From: Sporomusa ovata DSM 2662 | GTDB lineage: Bacteria; Bacillota; Negativicutes; Sporomusales; Sporomusaceae | Direction: 5' to 3' | DNA length: 24,000 bases | NCBI RefSeq assembly: GCF_000445445.2 | Contig: NZ_CP146301.1 | Span: 3,572,404-3,596,403 of the forward strand | Part shown: positions 1 through 8,428 of the stretch, one piece after another | Position numbering within the stretch: position 1 is the first letter of the stretch | Layout: every line of letters begins with the position of its first letter | Translations under genes and position numbers: made by a program | The notes under the pieces: generated by a model | Database searches by the model: none | What the model was told of the DNA's origin: nothing | The model's input: the letters and a program-made list of their open reading frames with translations, nothing else

Positions 1-126
1 CATCTGCTGGAATTCTCCGGGTGTCAGCTTTCCAAACTCCCAGGGTGTAAGCGCCAGTGCTCCGTAGGCCATTGGCTCCATACACGCAATCCACTCAGCT
101 ACCGTGGTTATTGTCCGTTTCCCAGG
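1..126 (-). CDS. Tail assembly chaperone T segment (partial). Expressed as a G-T fusion by -1 frameshift; continues past the window start.
   Basis: This frame is open from 126 to 1 and overlaps the 3' end of the G frame (stop at 108-110). It is the -1 frame relative to G. It encodes PGKRTITTVAEWIACMEPMAYGALALTPWEFGKLTPGEFQQM. The LTPxEF-type motif and the position after the major tail gene fit the T part of siphovirus/GTA chaperones. Confidence 0.55.
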
Positions 127-474
127 TCACCGGACTCTTGAGTCTCTTCTACTGTTTCCGTTTCTTCGCCCATGATCTTGGATTTGCGGACAGCATCGCC
201 GATTTTAGCCGCAAGGCTTTCGACGCTGCCACCTGACTCCATGTACTCTTGCATCATGAGGCCGACCCGCTGCAGGGTTAGTCCTTTTTCTGCATGTTTT
301 AGGCCACCCCATAGCAAGATGCGGATGGCGGAGAAACCTGCGGCCATCGGGTTGCTTTAGAACATATAGCAGGGATTTGCCGCCCATTAATTCTTCCATG
401 TCTGCCGCCGCATTAATGTCATAGCGGAGCTTGCGCTCTTTGCCACCGATGGTAAGATAAACTGGTCCTGTCAT
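108..474 (-). pseudogene. Tail assembly chaperone G, split by a frameshift near 348-357
   Basis: There is a strong RBS (GAAGGAGG) before ATG-474. The N-terminal 42 aa (MTGPVYLTIGGKERKLRYDINAAADMEELMGGKSLLYVLKQ) are chaperone-like, then the frame turns into Arg-rich nonsense. The rest of the domain (PMAAGFSAIRILLWGGLKHAEKGLTLQRVGLMM...) continues in the +1 frame as ORF 108..347, which only opens after a TAA at 357-359. Confidence 0.6.
117..123 (-). promoter_or_regulatory. Programmed -1 ribosomal frameshift heptamer G GGA AAC (G to GT)
   Basis: In the G frame the sequence reads CTG GGA AAC GGA CAA TAA. The X XXY YYZ heptamer GGGAAAC sits 2 codons before the G stop, and the -1 frame is open from exactly here. 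Lambda G/GT uses the near-identical GGGAAAG. Confidence 0.6.
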
Positions 475-499
475 GAGAAGTCCTCCTTCTTTTTCTGTA

Positions 500-538
500 A
501 ATATTAAAATGAGCGCACAGCTTATTTGCCATGCGCTC
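500..538 (-). terminator. Hairpin plus U-rich tract after the major tail gene (likely partial terminator/attenuator)
   Basis: On the minus sense, GAGCGCA-N14-TGCGCTC (538..511) is followed by AUUUUAAUAUUU. It lies immediately after the major tail stop codon at 543-545. Confidence 0.5.
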
Positions 539-542
539 TACG

Positions 543-1331
543 TTATATCGGGGCTACTCCCGGAGTTGTGTCTGTTGAAGTTGGCACAGCGGTAAGACCC
601 GCACACGTTCCATTGGCAATCGCTATGTTCAGTGTCGCATCATTAGCGGCTGCCACTTTTCTCGTCAAGACTACTGCTATTCCCACACCGCTAACATCAA
701 AGAGAGCTATCACCGCACTATCGAGTGCTAGCGTCTCTCTGACTTTTTGTGCCACCACAGCCGCTGAATCATTTAAAGAGACAGCCACACTAATGGCTTT
801 CGGTGACCCGGTCATTCCTGCGGCAGTTACGGTAATGGTCGCGTTACCTGCGGTCGTTACTGTTCCGGCTACGGTTACCGTTTCTACCTGTTTCGTGCCA
901 TTGACCTCTTCCGGTGCCCCGCTGCCGTCGAGTTTAATTTTGTAGGTCGCCACATCATCATGCGGCGCTTCTTCGGACAAATCGGTAATGGCCGCATAGC
1001 CCTGGAACTTGCTACCGTCTTTGCGCACATAGCGGACATGGACCAGGATTCGGTTATAAAAGGACGACAGTAACAATTGCCGTCCCGCTTCTACTGTCAA
1101 GCCTGCCGAATCAGTCAGCATAACCGCATCCGCATCAATGCTCCAACTTAAAAGGCCTGGAACGCTGGTCGTCCAGGCCCCGGACATTTTGTGGCTAGCA
1201 TCAATCATGGCTGCTGTCATACTAAGTGTTGCTCCTCGCTGGCCACCTATTGTCACCCATACAGGGTTTTCCGCTGTTCCCGTGTTAACTTTGAGTAGAA
1301 AATCTACACCATCACTTGGAATTAAGGACAT
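543..1331 (-). CDS. Major tail (tube) protein with a ~110-aa C-terminal extension
   Basis: The ORF-track ORF is 543..1352. The likely start is ATG-1331 (MSLIPSDGVDFLLKVNTG...), preceded by AAGGAG. The N-terminal ~150 aa resemble phi13/TP901-type major tail proteins, and the gene sits between the tail-completion and chaperone genes. The C-terminal part is Ala/Val/Thr-rich (VTVAGTVTTAGNATITVTAAG...). Confidence 0.8.
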   Translation of the reverse strand: MSLIPSDGVDFLLKVNTGTAENPVWVTIGGQRGATLSMTAAMIDASHKMSGAWTTSVPGLLSWSIDADAVMLTDSAGLTVEAGRQLLLSSFYNRILVHVRYVRKDGSKFQGYAAITDLSEEAPHDDVATYKIKLDGSGAPEEVNGTKQVETVTVAGTVTTAGNATITVTAAGMTGSPKAISVAVSLNDSAAVVAQKVRETLALDSAVIALFDVSGVGIAVVLTRKVAAANDATLNIAIANGTCAGLTAVPTSTDTTPGVAPI

Positions 1332-1335
1332 TTCA

Positions 1336-1728
1336 TCACTCCTTGGTGTCAATTATCGTGAATTTAAATAGTATCGTGGCTTCGCGGTGCGACTCAAAAC
1401 GCTCCACTGAATGACTGTCGACAGTCGCCAGCACCACCTGCCAGGCCTCGCTTAATTCCAATACCGGCTGCTGAATGGCAGCAATAGCGACATCTGCTAG
1501 TTCCGCTACTTCCTTGTCGCCTTGGTACTCGCTGATGATTTTTATCGTGGCCGTGACTACTGCTCCGGATATTGTTTTTGGGTTCCAGCTTTGGGCTACT
1601 GTATCAGTGAGCACAACATAGGGGGCTTTCTTGCCTGCGGGTACATGATCATAAACTGACACCGTCATGGCATGTTTCAGTCTGTCATAAAGTGCCTTAT
1701 TTAAAGGGGACACGGGTGAGCGGATCAC
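1336..1728 (-). CDS. Tail completion / tail terminator-like protein (DUF3168-like)
   Basis: GTG start overlapping the upstream stop codon (GTGA). Size (130 aa) and position directly upstream of the major tail gene. The family call is from synteny and general resemblance only. Confidence 0.6.
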   Translation of the reverse strand: MIRSPVSPLNKALYDRLKHAMTVSVYDHVPAGKKAPYVVLTDTVAQSWNPKTISGAVVTATIKIISEYQGDKEVAELADVAIAAIQQPVLELSEAWQVVLATVDSHSVERFESHREATILFKFTIIDTKE

Positions 1729-2087
1729 TTTTTCACCTCTCGCCGGACAACAGCACGGATCTTAGCCTCAATGCCAGGCACTAATTCCTTACGGGCTCTT
1801 TCGGCAAAGTATTTGGCCTTCACCCCGCGCTTGGTGCCATATTCCTGAAGCGGCGCATGGGGGGCTTTGGCCCGCACCATTCGGGAAATACCGTATTTCC
1901 CCTTACGGGTGACGATGCTTTTGCGCAGTTGACCACTTTTCTTAGGAGCCAACGCTTGCTCACGTTGCCGGATTTCCCGCGATCCAAGCTCTACCTCTTT
2001 TTCGATAGCTTGACTGACGTTACCGGAGATTAAATCACCGAACCGCAGGCATTTATCAATACCAGTAACTTTAATCGTTGGCCGCAT
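1725..2087 (-). CDS. HK97 gp10-family head-tail joining protein
   Basis: 120 aa and basic. The N-terminus (MRPTIKVTGIDKCLRFGDL...) and the APHAPLQEYGT motif are typical of the HK97 gp10 family. It is translationally coupled to both neighbours. Confidence 0.7.
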   Translation of the reverse strand: MRPTIKVTGIDKCLRFGDLISGNVSQAIEKEVELGSREIRQREQALAPKKSGQLRKSIVTRKGKYGISRMVRAKAPHAPLQEYGTKRGVKAKYFAERARKELVPGIEAKIRAVVRREVKK

Positions 2088-2418
2088 CGGCTACCACCTC
2101 CCGGCACTCAAGTCTAAGATAGGCTTTTTTCTCTTCTTCGTTGATCGGTGGCCCAATCTGCTCAAATATCCGATCGCCATATTGAACACGGTCGGTTACA
2201 GCCACATCACTGCGGTAGCGAATGGTAATGCGGTGTAGGATTTCTGGTGTTAGCTGTTCAAATTGATCTATTGTTTTAGTGGTCACCGTCATAAGCTTGG
2301 CCCAAACTGTGGCGCGAACCGTATACGTCGTTTCGAAGCCGCCTTGTTCATCAGGTACTTTTGTTTCCTTTAATAATGTAATGCGACAGTTGAGTTCTCC
2401 CGGGTTCATATGCATCAC
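2071..2418 (-). CDS. Head closure / head-tail adaptor protein (SPP1 gp16-like)
   Basis: 115 aa. The MNPGELNCRITL...WAKL... pattern is characteristic of phage head-tail adaptor proteins, and the gene order is conserved. Confidence 0.7.
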   Translation of the reverse strand: MMHMNPGELNCRITLLKETKVPDEQGGFETTYTVRATVWAKLMTVTTKTIDQFEQLTPEILHRITIRYRSDVAVTDRVQYGDRIFEQIGPPINEEEKKAYLRLECREVVADAAND

Positions 2419-2688
2419 CTACCATTGATGAGCGCGATAAGGCGAAAGGAGCGTGTACACTACTTTGGGGATCGCTTCGCCTATGCGCTGCTCATAAAAA
2501 TGGGCTACCAGGATGAGGATGGCTTGTTTGACAGGTAACGGGATTTCGGTTGATAAGGCAGTCTGTAAATAGTCCTCGCAATGGGCGGTTACTACGGAAA
2601 TCAAACTGGCGAGAAGGGGTTCTTCCTCCTCGCCATCAATTCGCAAATATTCTTTTGCCTCTGCTATGGTGACTAGCAAATTATCCAT
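2419..2688 (-). CDS. Head-tail connector (gp6-like, DNA-packaging) protein
   Basis: 89 aa. The LVTIAEAKEYLRIDGEEEEPLLASLI motif is the signature of gp6-like head-tail connectors. The gene abuts the next gene with no gap. Confidence 0.7.
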   Translation of the reverse strand: MDNLLVTIAEAKEYLRIDGEEEEPLLASLISVVTAHCEDYLQTALSTEIPLPVKQAILILVAHFYEQRIGEAIPKVVYTLLSPYRAHQW

Positions 2689-2911
2689 GAGGCTTGTCCA
2701 TAAGGCCAGCGGCTTGTAGCTTTGCTATCAGTTCATTAAAATTCGTTTTTAGTTCTGCGATGGTGGCAGCATCACTTTTTTCTTGTTCAACGGCCCTGCT
2801 GAGCGGGACACTGCCAAGGATAAGTTCACCTTCAGCTTTGATTTCCAGGGTTCCACTGACCACCCATTTGTCTCCGCCTTGTTCTGCATAGTTTTTAATC
2901 GTCATGATCAT
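2681..2911 (-). CDS. Small capsid-module protein of unknown role (possible head decoration/fibre-like)
   Basis: 76-aa ORF immediately after the capsid gene, overlapping the next gene by 8 bp. Function was not recognised with confidence. Confidence 0.45.
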   Translation of the reverse strand: MIMTIKNYAEQGGDKWVVSGTLEIKAEGELILGSVPLSRAVEQEKSDAATIAELKTNFNELIAKLQAAGLMDKPHG

Positions 2912-2916
2912 TCACC

Positions 2917-4116
2917 TTACGATGCTTTCATTTGGAGTACTTTGATGGCTTCCGGTAATATGAGTTTGCCGTCCACACGCTGGGTGGCTTTGAAACCAAC
3001 TTGTCCTGTTACAGCGTAGAGCTCATTAAGACGTTGGAAACTTCGACCTTGGCGGTCAGCGACCCAGTAGTAGCTGAAATCACCAAAGGCGATTGTTTTA
3101 GCGCCAATAGCAATAGCCGGAACATAGGTCGAGGTTTTTACCGGACGGCTAAAGATAGTATCCGGTTCACCTGCTGTAACTGAGGGCAGCCAGAGGTATT
3201 GCCCGTTTCCGTCTTTGAGTTTGCGGATGGCTTTGACGGTAGCATCATTAGTAACAAAAACGGCGTTTTTGCGATACGGAGATTTTAGGGAATAGTACAA
3301 ATCCATGATTTCATCAAAGGTAAGGGCTGTAGCACTGGCTGTTGTAACCCCTACACCAGCACCACCAGTCGCATTGAAAATGCCGGTCGGTTTGCCGGAG
3401 CCGTCACCAACAAAGAAGGCCTCCTCTTCTTTTGCCCCAATGCGGCGAGCAAACTCCTTGGCAATGTACTGTTCAAGATTAAAGACGCTGTCATTGATTA
3501 GCTCTTCCGATACCTTAATGACCGCGGCTAATTTATATACCCCAATCGAGACTTGGCCGAAGGCATCGTCAGATTCAGGAATAACCCCTTCTTCCTCAAC
3601 CCAGGAAGCTGTGCCCTTTGAAGCCACTACCGGGATTTTCTTATCGCCAGAAGAAGTGGTAATGACCTTGGCCAGCTGCCGAAAGATGTTTTCTTCCTCC
3701 AAAGCTTGAATAAGGGTACGCTCAAAGTCGTCAGGTACCAAGTAGCCACCTTCTGAATCTGTGCCAACCTGGAGAGCATTTTGCACATCAAAAATGTTTT
3801 TGCTTTTCATGGCTTTCCAGAAAGCGCGGTTGTATTCATTGGTGGCTCGACCTGTTTTTTCGGACTCTGTCTGCTGATTCGGTTTGTTGGTGATAGGGAC
3901 ACTGGTTACCTTGGATAGTTCCAAATCTAATACGGCTTGGCGTTCTAGTCGATCAATCTCCTTACCCAGGTTCACTACATCGGCTTCCATACTTTCATAG
4001 GTAGCCGTGTCTTCGGCAGATAAAAGACCATTTTCATTTCGTCTGGAATCAAAAAAGGCTTTGGTGCTATCCCAAAGCTTGGCCCGCTTTTCACGGAGTT
4101 CTAAAATTTTATTCAT
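2917..4116 (-). CDS. HK97-family major capsid protein
   Basis: 399 aa. It has an N-terminal coiled-coil delta domain (ILELREKRAKLWDS...DRLERQ), then GGYLVP, and a C-terminal core typical of the HK97 fold. It follows the prohead protease. Confidence 0.9.
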   Translation of the reverse strand: MNKILELREKRAKLWDSTKAFFDSRRNENGLLSAEDTATYESMEADVVNLGKEIDRLERQAVLDLELSKVTSVPITNKPNQQTESEKTGRATNEYNRAFWKAMKSKNIFDVQNALQVGTDSEGGYLVPDDFERTLIQALEEENIFRQLAKVITTSSGDKKIPVVASKGTASWVEEEGVIPESDDAFGQVSIGVYKLAAVIKVSEELINDSVFNLEQYIAKEFARRIGAKEEEAFFVGDGSGKPTGIFNATGGAGVGVTTASATALTFDEIMDLYYSLKSPYRKNAVFVTNDATVKAIRKLKDGNGQYLWLPSVTAGEPDTIFSRPVKTSTYVPAIAIGAKTIAFGDFSYYWVADRQGRSFQRLNELYAVTGQVGFKATQRVDGKLILPEAIKVLQMKAS

Positions 4117-4128
4117 GTGTTGTTCCCC

Positions 4129-4821
4129 CTATTTCAATAAGTTCAATCTTGTTAGTAACTCTTGATGCGGCACGCCTTGCGGCTGGGCTTCTGATTCTTG
4201 TTTTTCCTTTGGCAATTTGCGGCGCAGGGCGTTGGTAACCGTAATTTTGTCAAAAATAAAGCCCTCTGTCGCTTCCACCTGCTCGGGAGCGTAGAGGATT
4301 TTATCGGCAAATCCTAACTCCACTGCCTTTTGGGCGCTAAACCAGGTTTCCGCATCCATCATGCTTGCTATTTTGGCTCTTGATAGCCCTGTTTTTTGTT
4401 CGTATGCATTGATGATGCTTTCTTTTATTTCACTTAGCATTTTGATGCCGCTTTGAAAGTCAGCGGCTTCACCAAAAATCATTGTGGCCGGATTATGCAC
4501 CATGATGCAGGCAGTCGGCGACATTACAACTTCATCGCCAGCCATGGCAACCACAGAGGCCGCGCTGGCAGCTAAGCCATCAATCTTGACGGTTACTTTG
4601 CCGTTATACTCCTTTAGCATTGTATATATTTGGCTCGCGGCAAGCGCATCCCCACCTGGGGAATTTAGCCAGACAGATATATCACCAGTTGATTCTGTAA
4701 GCTCAGATTTGAATTTTTTCGGGGTAATATCGTCATCATACCAACTATCCGCAGCTATGTAACCGTCGAAGTACAGCGTCCGTCCTTCATCGCTATTACT
4801 CCAATTCCAAAATTTGTTCAT
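4129..4821 (-). CDS. ClpP-like (S14) prohead maturation protease
   Basis: LNSPGGD, GLAASAASVVAMAG (Ser nucleophile context) and MVHNP (His) motifs. It lies between the portal and capsid genes. Confidence 0.9.
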   Translation of the reverse strand: MNKFWNWSNSDEGRTLYFDGYIAADSWYDDDITPKKFKSELTESTGDISVWLNSPGGDALAASQIYTMLKEYNGKVTVKIDGLAASAASVVAMAGDEVVMSPTACIMVHNPATMIFGEAADFQSGIKMLSEIKESIINAYEQKTGLSRAKIASMMDAETWFSAQKAVELGFADKILYAPEQVEATEGFIFDKITVTNALRRKLPKEKQESEAQPQGVPHQELLTRLNLLK

Positions 4822-6035
4822 TTCACATCTCCTCGTCCTTTGATATATGCGCCCAAATCTTCCAAATTCAGCATGTTCCCATTCATAGCATAGACATCTC
4901 CATGTTCTATTGCGTTCATGTTTTCTAAAGACCTTACGTCATTCGGACTTAAGAAACCATTTTGAATCCCAATAGCGTAACCTTGCATTCGCGATGCATA
5001 ATCGCCTCGCAAAAGCCCTTCCACTATAAAGCCAACATAGTATTTACTCTTCTCACTTTCAGTAAATAAGGCTTTATTTATGGACTGCTCTATCCGTACC
5101 AACCAAGGCCGGATTGTGTGAACAACAAAGCTAATGGATTGGTGCTCAATATTACTGAAAGTTGCTCGATCAAGGCTTGCCACCAAATGCGGCGGTACTC
5201 TAAATATTCGGCATATCTCCTCGGTTTGAAACTTTCTTGTTTCCAAAAATTGGGCCTGCTCTGGTGGGATGCCAATACTTTTAAACGACATCCCTTCCTC
5301 CAAGACGCATACACGATGAGCATTAGCGCTGCCTTGGTAAACAGCATTCCAACTGTCCCTGACTCGGGCTGGATCTTTTACAACGCCCGGATGTTCCAGT
5401 ACACCGCCGGGGTTAGCGCCATTGGCGAATAGTTTAGCTCCGTATTCTTCAGTGGCTATGGCCATACCGATTGCGTTTTTGGCCATGCCGATTGGGGAGT
5501 AGCCAATGAGACCGTCAAAGCCTAGTCCGGGAATATGAAGGACTTCATAACTTCTGAGGAAGTAGCTTTGACCGTCTTTGTTGTATTCATAGTAGAGTTG
5601 GCCTTGGTCGCTTCGATTGACAGTCATTTTGTTAGGTAAGAGCGGGTAGAGAGCTACCACTCTGCCCCAGCCATCGCGGATGATTTGGGCATAGGCGTTT
5701 CCCCATAATAAAAGATGACCCATCAGTGTTTCTCGAAACACGAATGAGGTCATCTCAGGGTTTGGTTCGCTATGGAGTAGATAGTATATGGGGTGGTCCG
5801 TAGCTTTTTCCTTACCGTTATTCGTATAGCGATAAGTGTGCAAAGGTAATGAGGCTATGGTTTCGGCTAGGATTCTGACACAGGCATATACAGCAGTTGT
5901 TTGCATAGCTGTTCGCTCATTGACTGTTTTGCCACTGGTACTAATCCCGAAAAAGAAGTTATATGCACTGCCCCATGAGCTGTTTTTTGGACTGGCTCTG
6001 GTTTGAAACAATCTGGATAGAAGTGGGATTCTCAT
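4818..6035 (-). CDS. HK97-family portal protein
   Basis: 405 aa. The RBS GGAGGTG precedes ATG-6035. The sequence is typical of portals (AVYACVRILAETIASLPL..., GNAYA..., FSPIGMAKNAIG). It overlaps the protease start by 4 bp. Confidence 0.9.
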   Translation of the reverse strand: MRIPLLSRLFQTRASPKNSSWGSAYNFFFGISTSGKTVNERTAMQTTAVYACVRILAETIASLPLHTYRYTNNGKEKATDHPIYYLLHSEPNPEMTSFVFRETLMGHLLLWGNAYAQIIRDGWGRVVALYPLLPNKMTVNRSDQGQLYYEYNKDGQSYFLRSYEVLHIPGLGFDGLIGYSPIGMAKNAIGMAIATEEYGAKLFANGANPGGVLEHPGVVKDPARVRDSWNAVYQGSANAHRVCVLEEGMSFKSIGIPPEQAQFLETRKFQTEEICRIFRVPPHLVASLDRATFSNIEHQSISFVVHTIRPWLVRIEQSINKALFTESEKSKYYVGFIVEGLLRGDYASRMQGYAIGIQNGFLSPNDVRSLENMNAIEHGDVYAMNGNMLNLEDLGAYIKGRGDVK

Positions 6036-6059
6036 GGATCACCTCCAAAAAATGGGCGC

Positions 6060-6087
6060 AAAAAAAGCACCTGCGTAAACAGATGCT
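6060..6087 (-). terminator. Intrinsic terminator closing the TA cassette, about 25 bp upstream of the portal start
   Basis: On the minus sense: AGCAUCUG-UUUACG-CAGGUGCU (8 bp including one G-U pair), followed by UUUUUUU. Confidence 0.6.
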
Positions 6088-6110
6088 TAGTACACATTAT
6101 TTCTCAATTT

Positions 6111-6419
6111 TTAAACCAACTTACCATAATTTTGCGCACCATGAAAAAAACGCATGATAAATACAGTTTGAGATGTTTCATTTACATTATATACCATTAT
6201 ATAGTGCCTAATCACAGCTTTACGGTAACCTGCTCTTCCCAGTCGCTTATCTTGACACTTTTCATACATCATTGGATTGTTCTTCAAAAAATCATAACAT
6301 GTAAATACATCATTAAGAAAATCGGTAGCTGCTTGAGAATTCGCTAACTGCACTACCATATATGAGACAATATTGTCTAAATCCTGATGCGCAAGTTCTG
6401 AAATAATCAGCTTATACAC
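6111..6419 (-). CDS. ParE/RelE-family type II toxin
   Basis: 102 aa. It overlaps the upstream antitoxin gene by 8 bp. The sequence pattern (A..DL..I..Y......N...A..F......C...L...P......) and the C-terminal ...RHYIMVYNVNETSQTVFIMRFFHGAQNY are typical of ParE/RelE plasmid-stabilisation toxins. Confidence 0.8.
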   Translation of the reverse strand: MYKLIISELAHQDLDNIVSYMVVQLANSQAATDFLNDVFTCYDFLKNNPMMYEKCQDKRLGRAGYRKAVIRHYIMVYNVNETSQTVFIMRFFHGAQNYGKLV

Positions 6420-6681
6420 TATATTTCTCTCTTAACTTTTTTAGAGATTCTTCTCCATCCAGTACTTTTCCTTCAGCAATTTCTTCTTCGGCTTCCTCAA
6501 GCTTCTTATATACATCCAGCATAAACATTTTTTCTTCATACAGTTTCATACTCATGATCACCATGTCGCCATAACCATTTTTTGTCACGAAAATGGGTTC
6601 ATTGGAGGCATGGCACATTTGAGAAATTTCACTGGTGTTTTTCAAATCCCGAATTGGAATGATTTGAGGCATAACCATCAT
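6412..6681 (-). CDS. Phd/YefM-family antitoxin
   Basis: IIPIRDLKNTSEISQMC...EPIFVTKNGYGDMVIMSMKLYEE is the Phd/YefM N-terminal fold signature. The likely true start is the fourth Met (ATG-6672), which lies 9 nt after GGAG. Confidence 0.8.
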   Translation of the reverse strand: MMVMPQIIPIRDLKNTSEISQMCHASNEPIFVTKNGYGDMVIMSMKLYEEKMFMLDVYKKLEEAEEEIAEGKVLDGEESLKKLREKYSV

Positions 6682-6698
6682 CTCCTTTTTGTGTCTTT

Positions 6699-6727
6699 AT
6701 TGTACCATAATTATGCCTCACTCTCAA
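6699..6727 (-). promoter_or_regulatory. SigA-type promoter for the TA cassette (TTGAGA-17-TACAAT)
   Basis: On the minus sense: TTGAGA (6727..6722), a 17-nt spacer, then TACAAT (6704..6699). This is about 20 nt upstream of the antitoxin RBS, inside a ~200-bp AT-rich gap. Confidence 0.5.
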
Positions 6728-6883
6728 GAATCTGATGTATGAAAAAATTACAGATCTATTCATCACGCAGTGAGTGATAATTTGGAAAGGCCAAATAAAA
6801 TAAATGAAAATTGCGCTTGTATTATTTCATTTTTTAAGTTTTTTATGAAATAAGTTCAGTAAACAATTCTCGTAATTTCATTT

Positions 6884-8428
6884 TTACAGTATCAAAATAC
6901 CTCGCTCATCATAAACACTGGCCTTATTCATATTTCTAATTGCCCTGTCCAATGCCATGATAAGAGCCACTGCACCGTCAATACGCTCGGTGCTTTTTTC
7001 TTTGTCTGGTTTGATGTTTCCGGCAGGGTCGGTTTTTACATAGATATTATCCATCATCCAGCGGAGCACTGGGTTACCCCCATGTGCAATATTTTTCTCT
7101 AATGTAAGCTTCATGAGTTCTTTGGTTGCTGGCGACATATCCTTGTACCCTTGTCCAAAAGGAACCACGGTAAATCCCATCCCTTCCAGATTCTGGACCA
7201 TTTGTACAGCTCCCCATCTGTCGAAGGCTATTTCCTTGATGTTGTATATAGTATGGAGTTCTTCAATAAAGGCTTCGATAAAGCCGTAATGGACCACATT
7301 ACCTTGGGTGGTCTTAATGTAGCCCTGCTGCTGCCAGATGTCATAGGGCACATGATCTCGCCGAACTCTTGTGGCCAAGTTATCTTCGGGAATCCAAAAG
7401 TATGGCAGCACTATAAATTTTTCAGTGCTATCACGTGGCGGGAATACCAGGACAAAGGCGGTAATATCTGTGGTGCTTGATAAATCAAGTCCCCCATAGC
7501 ATATTCTACCGCGTAAGCTTTCAAGATAGATGGGAAAAGCACATTCATCCCAGCGGTCCATCTGCATCCAGCGAACCGATTGTTTCACCCACTGGTTGAG
7601 CCGCAGTTGCCGAAATAGGTTCTCTTCGGCTAGGTTTTCCTTGGCACTTTGAAAAGCAGCCCTGACTTTCTCTATATCTATGGTATAGCCAAGCGATGGG
7701 TTGGCTTTATACCAATTTTTTTCGTTAGCCCAGTCATCGGCATCATCAATCCCATAGATGACAGGATAAAAGGTCGGGTCGATTTTTCTACCAGACAGTA
7801 TGTCCTTCGCTTTTTGATGTACTTCAAAGCAAATGGAGTTTCGATCATTACCGGCGGTTGTGATAAGGAAAAATAGCGGCTGCGTTCTTGCGTCACCGGA
7901 GCCTTTGGTCATAACATCATAGAGTCCACGGGTTGGTTGGGAATGTAGTTCATCGAACACAACAGCATGCACGTTGAGGCCATGCTTGGTATAGGCTTCC
8001 GCTGATAGCACTTGGTAAAAGCTATTTGTTGGCTGATAAACTAAGCGTTTCACTGACATAATAGGCTTAATCCGCTTTCGTAGCGCCGGGCATTGGTCAA
8101 CCATATCGACCGCCACGTCAAATACAATGGACGCCTGTTGCCGATCCGAAGCGCAGCCATACACCTCGGCTCCCCACTCGTTATCGCCGCAAGTCATATA
8201 TAGCGCCACTGCTGCGGCGATTTCCGACTTTCCATTTTTTTTGCTAATTTCAATATACGCCGTGTTGTATTGCCGGTAGCCGTTTTCTTTTACTGTTCCG
8301 AAAATGTCCCGGATAATTTGATCTTGCCAAGGTAAGAGTACAAAAGGCACACCATGCCACTGGCCTTTGGTGTGTTTTAAGCAGTTGATAAAGCTAACTG
8401 CATGCTGGGCTTTCGCCTCATCATACAC
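6884..8428 (-). CDS. terL: Terminase large subunit
   Basis: 514 aa. It has a Walker-A-like KKNGKSE, a Walker-B-like VVFDELH and a C-terminal RNaseH-like nuclease region (GLDLS...D...). It overlaps terS by 8 bp. Confidence 0.9.
   Translation of the reverse strand: MYDEAKAQHAVSFINCLKHTKGQWHGVPFVLLPWQDQIIRDIFGTVKENGYRQYNTAYIEISKKNGKSEIAAAVALYMTCGDNEWGAEVYGCASDRQQASIVFDVAVDMVDQCPALRKRIKPIMSVKRLVYQPTNSFYQVLSAEAYTKHGLNVHAVVFDELHSQPTRGLYDVMTKGSGDARTQPLFFLITTAGNDRNSICFEVHQKAKDILSGRKIDPTFYPVIYGIDDADDWANEKNWYKANPSLGYTIDIEKVRAAFQSAKENLAEENLFRQLRLNQWVKQSVRWMQMDRWDECAFPIYLESLRGRICYGGLDLSSTTDITAFVLVFPPRDSTEKFIVLPYFWIPEDNLATRVRRDHVPYDIWQQQGYIKTTQGNVVHYGFIEAFIEELHTIYNIKEIAFDRWGAVQMVQNLEGMGFTVVPFGQGYKDMSPATKELMKLTLEKNIAHGGNPVLRWMMDNIYVKTDPAGNIKPDKEKSTERIDGAVALIMALDRAIRNMNKASVYDERGILIL

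Noticed and set aside
526-945. Long plus-strand ORFs antisense to phage genes (for example 526..945, 3305..3709, 4484..4762, 10929..11294, 11436..11852, 19567..19863, 19942..20505, 21302..21568, 22450..22782).
   Set aside because: They lie entirely inside well-supported minus-strand genes. They have no RBS, and their translations are low-complexity or Ser/Ala/Pro-rich as expected for shadow frames.
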